The notes beneath the pieces were generated by a model that saw only the letters and a list, made by a program, of their open reading frames with translations, made no database searches and was not told the origin of the DNA. From NCBI GenBank assembly GCA_046483985.1, contig JAWOCD010000005.1:1-64000 (forward strand): a DNA stretch of 64,000 nucleotides. Direction: 5' to 3'. A program made the translations under genes and the position numbers. Shown here one piece after another: positions 59,017 to 64,000 of this stretch. Each line of letters starts with the position of its first letter. Position 1 is the first letter of the stretch. This stretch comes from Promethearchaeia archaeon (GTDB lineage: Archaea; Asgardarchaeota; Lokiarchaeia; Sigyniarchaeales; SOKP01).

Positions 59017-60570
59017 ATGTTTGTCGCTGCACTAGATTTAGGCACTACGGGATGCCGAACATTTATTTTTGACTTAGGAGGCAAAATCATTTCGAGTGCT
59101 TATGAAGAATGGGAAAGTTTCTATCCGCGTCCATCATATGTCGAGCAAGATGCGAATGCATGGTGGGACTCAATTAAAAATACGATTGAATTAGCGCTCA
59201 AGAAGAGCGGAATAGATAAGCAAGAACTCGTCTCGCTTTCTGTTACAAACCAGCGAGAAACTATCGTCCCAGTCAATAAGAAGGGAGAGCCGCTTCATAA
59301 TGCAATTGTTTGGCAAGACAGACGCACCACAGATCAAGTAGACCTTATCAGAGAACGAGTAGGAGAAGAAAAAATATATGAAACCACGGGATTAACTATT
59401 GATCCTTATTTTTCGGCAACTAAAATTCTCTGGTTTAAACAGAGAAAACCGGAGATTTATAAAAAAACGCATAAATTTCTCTTGGTTTCCGATTTCATTA
59501 TCCATAAACTGACAGGTAGATTTTGCACAGATTTTTCCAATGCATCGAGAACAATGTTATTTGATATTAATAATCTACGTTACTCCGAGAATATTGCCTC
59601 CGAATTAGAAATCGATTTAGATAAAATGCCCGAACCAATAGAAAGCGGTGTTGATATTGGGGAGATTAAAACAGATGAAACAGAATTTGATGAAAAAACT
59701 TTAGTTGTGACTGGCGCTGGAGATCAACAATCTGCTGCTCTGGGTGTGGGGGTTATTTCTCCTGGAGAAGTTAAATGCACCACGGGTACTGGGAGTTTTA
59801 TTCTTTCATATCTCTCTGAGCCCAATTTTGATCCCCAGCGGCGTGTACTATGTAGTTGTCATGCCATACCTGGGGCATGGGTACAAGAGGCGAGTATCTT
59901 TACTTCAGGAGCGATGTTGCGATGGTTTAGAGATGAATTAGGAATCCAAGAATGCTTAATTGCGGAAGAAAAGGGTATAGATCCCTACGAAGTAATGACT
60001 AGTGAGGCGGAAAAGTCAAAAATTGGAGCCAATGGCTTGGTACTTATACCTCATTTAGTTGGTGCGGGTGCACCCCATTGGAATCCTTTTGCGAAAGCTG
60101 TTTTGTTTGGATTATCGTTAGGTCATCAGCGTAGAGATGTCTACCGGGCGGGTCTCGAAGGTGTCGCCTTTGAAGTAAGAAAAAATATAGAAGTATTTAA
60201 AGAGATTGGGATTGAACCAAAAGAATTAAGGGTTACTGGGGGTGGTTCTCGTTCAGACCTTTGGAACCAAATTTATGCAGACGTCATAAAAATTACTTGT
60301 GTGCGAAATGAAATCGAAGAAGCTACTTCATTGGGAGCAGCAATATTAGCTGCAGCTGGTGCAGGACTTTTTCCTGATATATCAAAAGCGGCGGAAAAAT
60401 TATGTAAAGTTGATAAAAAGTGGCTTTCTAATGAGAAAAATCATCAAATTTATAACGATTTATACGATTTTTCCAAGAATTTCTATAATACCTTAAACAA
60501 GCAAAATATCTATAAGGATTTTAATGAACTTTTGCTTAAGTTGGAAGCCAAGGAAAAAATGGAAATTTAA
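59017..60570 (+). CDS. FGGY-family carbohydrate kinase (xylulokinase/glycerol kinase-like)
   Basis: LDLGTTG, NQRET, WQDRRT, SNASRT, GDQQSA, GAPHW, GGGSRS. Confidence 0.93.
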   Translation: MFVAALDLGTTGCRTFIFDLGGKIISSAYEEWESFYPRPSYVEQDANAWWDSIKNTIELALKKSGIDKQELVSLSVTNQRETIVPVNKKGEPLHNAIVWQDRRTTDQVDLIRERVGEEKIYETTGLTIDPYFSATKILWFKQRKPEIYKKTHKFLLVSDFIIHKLTGRFCTDFSNASRTMLFDINNLRYSENIASELEIDLDKMPEPIESGVDIGEIKTDETEFDEKTLVVTGAGDQQSAALGVGVISPGEVKCTTGTGSFILSYLSEPNFDPQRRVLCSCHAIPGAWVQEASIFTSGAMLRWFRDELGIQECLIAEEKGIDPYEVMTSEAEKSKIGANGLVLIPHLVGAGAPHWNPFAKAVLFGLSLGHQRRDVYRAGLEGVAFEVRKNIEVFKEIGIEPKELRVTGGGSRSDLWNQIYADVIKITCVRNEIEEATSLGAAILAAAGAGLFPDISKAAEKLCKVDKKWLSNEKNHQIYNDLYDFSKNFYNTLNKQNIYKDFNELLLKLEAKEKMEI

Positions 60571-60674
60571 AATTTTTTATACTTTCCTTTTTATTTAATT
60601 TTTAAATATAATATTAAAATATGAACTTGTCATATTTCTTACTAGACTTAATTATAATTTAATGGGAAAACAAT

Positions 60675-61316
60675 ATGAGTGAAAATAAGTCGAAGGCTAC
60701 AACCAGTGCAAAGAAAGAGATACTTCCAGATTTTGGAGAGTTTTCGAAAAATCAGAGGAGAATTGCGTTAATGTTTTATATATCTATTGTAATCGCAGGA
60801 TTAATTACAATTGGAGGTACAATTTATACAATTGCCGATTTGATAATGGCAACTGGTAAGATGCAACTTTTTTTAGAACTCAGCCTCGGATTTAAAATTT
60901 CAATTATAGGGGGATTATTAGCGGGCCTATTTTTCTTGATAATTTTATTTTATGGCTTATATAAGAAAGGAGTTAAATCTATCTTGCATACTCTCTTTAA
61001 AGAAAGAAAAGTTGCTGAAAGATATCAAAATAAATTATTGGTAAAAATAATTGCGGGAGCATTAATGGTCAGTGTGTTTACGATCATTGTAGGGATTATA
61101 TATTCCATATTTCAATACCTCTTAATTGGATTTATTCAGAGTTCTGAGGTTACTCTTGCCAATATTTTTTCTAATTTCTTACCAGGTCAAATTGTTCTCT
61201 TGATTGGGGGGATTGTCTTTCTTATCATTGGACTCAGCTTTTTGTTCAACTATCTTTGGTACAATGGCTATTACTTTATCATCCACCTCATTTATAGTCT
61301 CGAACCCGAAGAATAA
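60675..61316 (+). CDS. Membrane protein with internal two-fold duplication (2 x 2 TM)
   Basis: Two halves share the pattern TI..xIY.I...IGG...L...LF..L..xG...I.H. Confidence 0.75.
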   Translation: MSENKSKATTSAKKEILPDFGEFSKNQRRIALMFYISIVIAGLITIGGTIYTIADLIMATGKMQLFLELSLGFKISIIGGLLAGLFFLIILFYGLYKKGVKSILHTLFKERKVAERYQNKLLVKIIAGALMVSVFTIIVGIIYSIFQYLLIGFIQSSEVTLANIFSNFLPGQIVLLIGGIVFLIIGLSFLFNYLWYNGYYFIIHLIYSLEPEE

Positions 61317-61482
61317 ATTTTTCTCTTTTTTTCTCTTTTTTTCTCAGTTTCAAACTTCTAGTCTCCAATAATTTCTCTTTTACTGAAAATCGGAAGTCTA
61401 CCTTTCTTTAAATAGTACTCCCATTTATGTTAATTATAAAGATCTAAGATCGTTATAAACAAAAGCAGGCGATTTATCTCAT

Positions 61483-63012
61483 ATGTCGGAAAAAGTAGGT
61501 ACGGTTTTAAACTATGAAAATTTGCCCGATGTCTCTAAATTCCCGTTTGTCATTAGTAAACAAAGCAGTTTGGATGTAAAAAAGGGATTATTTGTCTATA
61601 CGGAGTCCATGGAAGGATTTTTGATTGGCATTGTGGAAAAAATTGTACTCCTGAATGAATATTTTTCAGATGCCTTAACCATTAAATCCTACAATACTAA
61701 CACGAACCCTAATATCTTAAAGGGATTATTTCCTAGTGAAGATTTTGAATTTGCCATCGCCATCGTGGGCTGCTTGGGTATTGTGCAATTCAGCGATGAG
61801 AATAAAAAAGAAATTGAAACGATCAAACGGATGGCTTATCCTGCCACCCCTGGAAAAGAGGTATTTTTAGTGAGCGAACAAATCTTGAATGCATTTATAG
61901 GTTTAGACAACCAGCAAGGCATTAACTTGGGAAACATTAAGGTGTCGGGATATCCGGCGAAGATCAATATGAATCGCCTTTTAAATAAACATTTTGCCAT
62001 TTTAGCCATCTCGGGAGCGGGAAAAAGCTATCTAATGTCGGTTCTTATCGAAGAATTGTTGGAAAGGGAAGATAAGTACGGTACTCCGCAAGTTGTTTTA
62101 ATTGATGTCCACGGCGAATATACGTATCTTAATGAGATTCCCGAATTAGTAAATCATATTAACGTTCAAAACACTCGCTACTTTCAGATTGCGGTTCCTA
62201 AATTAAGTGCATATAAATATCAAAAATTTCAGAGAAATATCTCAAACGTACAAGTCCGTGAACTTGCGAAATATATTAGGGAATTACGCAAAGATGATGA
62301 AAAACATGGGATCTTTTCACTTTCAGATATTATAGATAAGTTGGAATGTGATGAGGAGATAAGTAAAAGTACACGACAAGCATTAACTCAGTGGTTATTA
62401 GATCTGCAGCGTCTTCAGCTATTTGGCCCCCAAGAAAATCCAAAATTAACGAATTTAATTAAAGAAAAGAAACTCACTATTTTTGACCTTTCAAATGAAA
62501 TAAATTTACGGAAAAAACAAATTATAGTCAATTATATCTCCGAGCGTCTATTTAACCTCAGAAGGAGGGATAAGATCCCACCATTTTTAATTGTGATCGA
62601 AGAAGCCCACCAATTTTGTCCGGAAGCGAAATTGTCAAAAGCGATCTCTAAACCTATCATAGAAACAATTGCCCGGGAAGGAAGAAAATTTATGTCTTGC
62701 CTTGCTCTTATAAGTCAGAGACCTAAAAAATTGAGTGTCACTGCACTTTCCCAGATGAATTCAAAACTGGTTTTAAATATTAAGAATCCCTACGATTTAA
62801 GGCATTTAATGGATAGTTCTGAAGCAATTACAAAAGAATATGCGGAGATAATTTCCAGTTTAGGAATTGGGGAAATGCTATTAATGGGGAATGCAGTAAA
62901 TTTTCCGATTTTTTTAAACGTACGACAAAGACATTTCACATCTAATGAGGATGAATTATCTCTTGCGGATGTATGTTTAAAATGGCAAAAAAAACAATTG
63001 GAGCAAAAATAA
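61483..63012 (+). CDS. herA: HerA-family ATPase/helicase (HAS barrel plus FtsK/HerA motor)
   Basis: HFAILAISGAGKS, IDVHGEY, IEEAHQFCP, IAREGRKF, SQRP. Confidence 0.9.
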   Translation: MSEKVGTVLNYENLPDVSKFPFVISKQSSLDVKKGLFVYTESMEGFLIGIVEKIVLLNEYFSDALTIKSYNTNTNPNILKGLFPSEDFEFAIAIVGCLGIVQFSDENKKEIETIKRMAYPATPGKEVFLVSEQILNAFIGLDNQQGINLGNIKVSGYPAKINMNRLLNKHFAILAISGAGKSYLMSVLIEELLEREDKYGTPQVVLIDVHGEYTYLNEIPELVNHINVQNTRYFQIAVPKLSAYKYQKFQRNISNVQVRELAKYIRELRKDDEKHGIFSLSDIIDKLECDEEISKSTRQALTQWLLDLQRLQLFGPQENPKLTNLIKEKKLTIFDLSNEINLRKKQIIVNYISERLFNLRRRDKIPPFLIVIEEAHQFCPEAKLSKAISKPIIETIAREGRKFMSCLALISQRPKKLSVTALSQMNSKLVLNIKNPYDLRHLMDSSEAITKEYAEIISSLGIGEMLLMGNAVNFPIFLNVRQRHFTSNEDELSLADVCLKWQKKQLEQK

Positions 63013-63017
63013 TCCTA

Positions 63018-63290
63018 TTAAGTTAAATCTTTTAAAATATCCTTTTTTAAAGCTCTAGTTCGTTTGTTTAATACGATCATTTTTTTCCGACGTGAAATTC
63101 TGAAAACATTTATAATATTTTGAGACTCTAATTTCATGAAATATTCTTCTAACTGAATAGGGTTAATAAAGGGATATTCTTTCCGAAGTAATTCTTCCAA
63201 ACGCCTATCTAGAATCTCACCTCTATTGTCGACTATAATATCTAAAATTTCGTTTACTATTGGTTTATATACCCATCTCTTTTTACTCAT
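63018..63290 (-). CDS. Small winged-helix protein
   Basis: 90 aa; ILDIIVDNRGEILDRRLEELL...LMKLE-like helix (FMKLESQNIINV) and beta-wing; ggtga SD. Confidence 0.7.
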   Translation of the reverse strand: MSKKRWVYKPIVNEILDIIVDNRGEILDRRLEELLRKEYPFINPIQLEEYFMKLESQNIINVFRISRRKKMIVLNKRTRALKKDILKDLT

Positions 63291-63411
63291 AACTATTCAC
63301 CTTTATCATTTTTTTAATCATTTTAGGTAATACATTATATATTTAAGATTATATAAAATAAGCTGAACCTTCTATATAGTAAGAAATAACGATGTAATTA
63401 AATATTTGTGT

Positions 63412-64000
63412 TTAGACGAACAGTGACTTTTCTTCATCGGAACGATGAGAAGAGACTCGACGTTGTTTCAATTTATCTTGATAATCTTCGTACCATTGAA
63501 CAATATCATCGTTAATACTGGCGCTAACGAATTCTCTTGCTCGCTCAAAATGATTCATATTTACCGTTCGTGCTCTAATATTATCTCGTAATGCGATCAT
63601 CGCTGCTTCCCGGCAGAATGTTTCAATATCTGCTCCTGAAAATCCTTCGGTCATTTTTATTACTTTATCTACCTCTACATCTGTGGAGAGTGGCATTGGT
63701 TCAGCAAATATTTCAAAAATCTCTTCTCTTTCTTCCTTATTGGGAGCAGGCACCAATAATATTCGATCAATCCGACCGGGACGAATCAGAGCTGGATCAA
63801 GGATATCTGGCCGGTTAGTTGCGGCGATAACTACAATATCCTTATTGACTTCTAATCCATCTAATTCTGTGAGAAATTGAGATAATACTTTTTCGGTCAC
63901 ACCCGAGTCTGAAGTATGCCTTCCACGGCTTGGTGCAAGAGAGTCAAATTCGTCAAAGAAAATAATACATGGTGCTGCCATTTTTGCTTTTCTAAATACT
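63412..64000 (-). CDS. cdc48: CDC48/VCP-family AAA+ ATPase, 3' part (gene continues beyond the window)
   Basis: APCIIFFDEFDSLAP, ATNRPDILDPALIRPGRIDR, TEGFSGADI. Confidence 0.92.
   Translation of the reverse strand, partial: VFRKAKMAAPCIIFFDEFDSLAPSRGRHTSDSGVTEKVLSQFLTELDGLEVNKDIVVIAATNRPDILDPALIRPGRIDRILLVPAPNKEEREEIFEIFAEPMPLSTDVEVDKVIKMTEGFSGADIETFCREAAMIALRDNIRARTVNMNHFERAREFVSASINDDIVQWYEDYQDKLKQRRVSSHRSDEEKSLFV

Noticed and set aside
184-63880. Numerous 60-150-aa ORFs antisense to or nested in the called genes (e.g. 4796-5065, 9527-9835, 39794-40219, 45686-46150)
   Set aside because: Shadow ORFs overlapping well-supported genes, with no motifs of their own
1-64000. CRISPR array, rRNA, intact transposase or integrase
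   Set aside because: No regularly spaced repeat-spacer series, no long GC-rich structural RNA, and no DDE, HUH or tyrosine-recombinase motifs seen

Overview
AT-rich archaeal chromosomal segment, almost certainly from an Asgard archaeon of the Lokiarchaeia type. This is inferred from archaeal information genes together with a profilin, a ubiquitin-like protein, a LITAF-like protein and a JAB/MPN protein. It is mostly housekeeping. Translation and RNA genes: rnhB, fibrillarin/Nop5, TFB, a solitary uL2, gatDE, Elp3, four tRNA genes (one with a T-loop intron) and t6A genes. The conserved proteasome-alpha/SBDS/exosome/eL43/Pcc1/prefoldin superoperon is present. Metabolism and transport: SAM synthetase, pyrD/pyrK, an ECF transporter, a four-subunit 2-oxoacid:ferredoxin oxidoreductase, PPi-type PFK, acyl-CoA dehydrogenase and ligase, and an FGGY kinase. 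The window ends with HerA and the 3' end of cdc48. The most unusual elements are: (1) a divergent pair of paralogous proteins built as [W-rich module]-[ribbon-helix-helix]-[HisKA/DHp without ATPase]-[REC]; (2) a cluster at 85-4126 of uncharacterised proteins with eukaryote-like domains (helical-repeat protein, LITAF-like, ubiquitin-like without diglycine); (3) a 192-bp non-autonomous IS200/IS605-type element that may retain an omega-RNA-like scaffold; (4) an atypical JAMM protein; (5) a profilin. No CRISPR array, rRNA or intact transposase was seen. All family assignments are by motif recognition only; no database searches were run.
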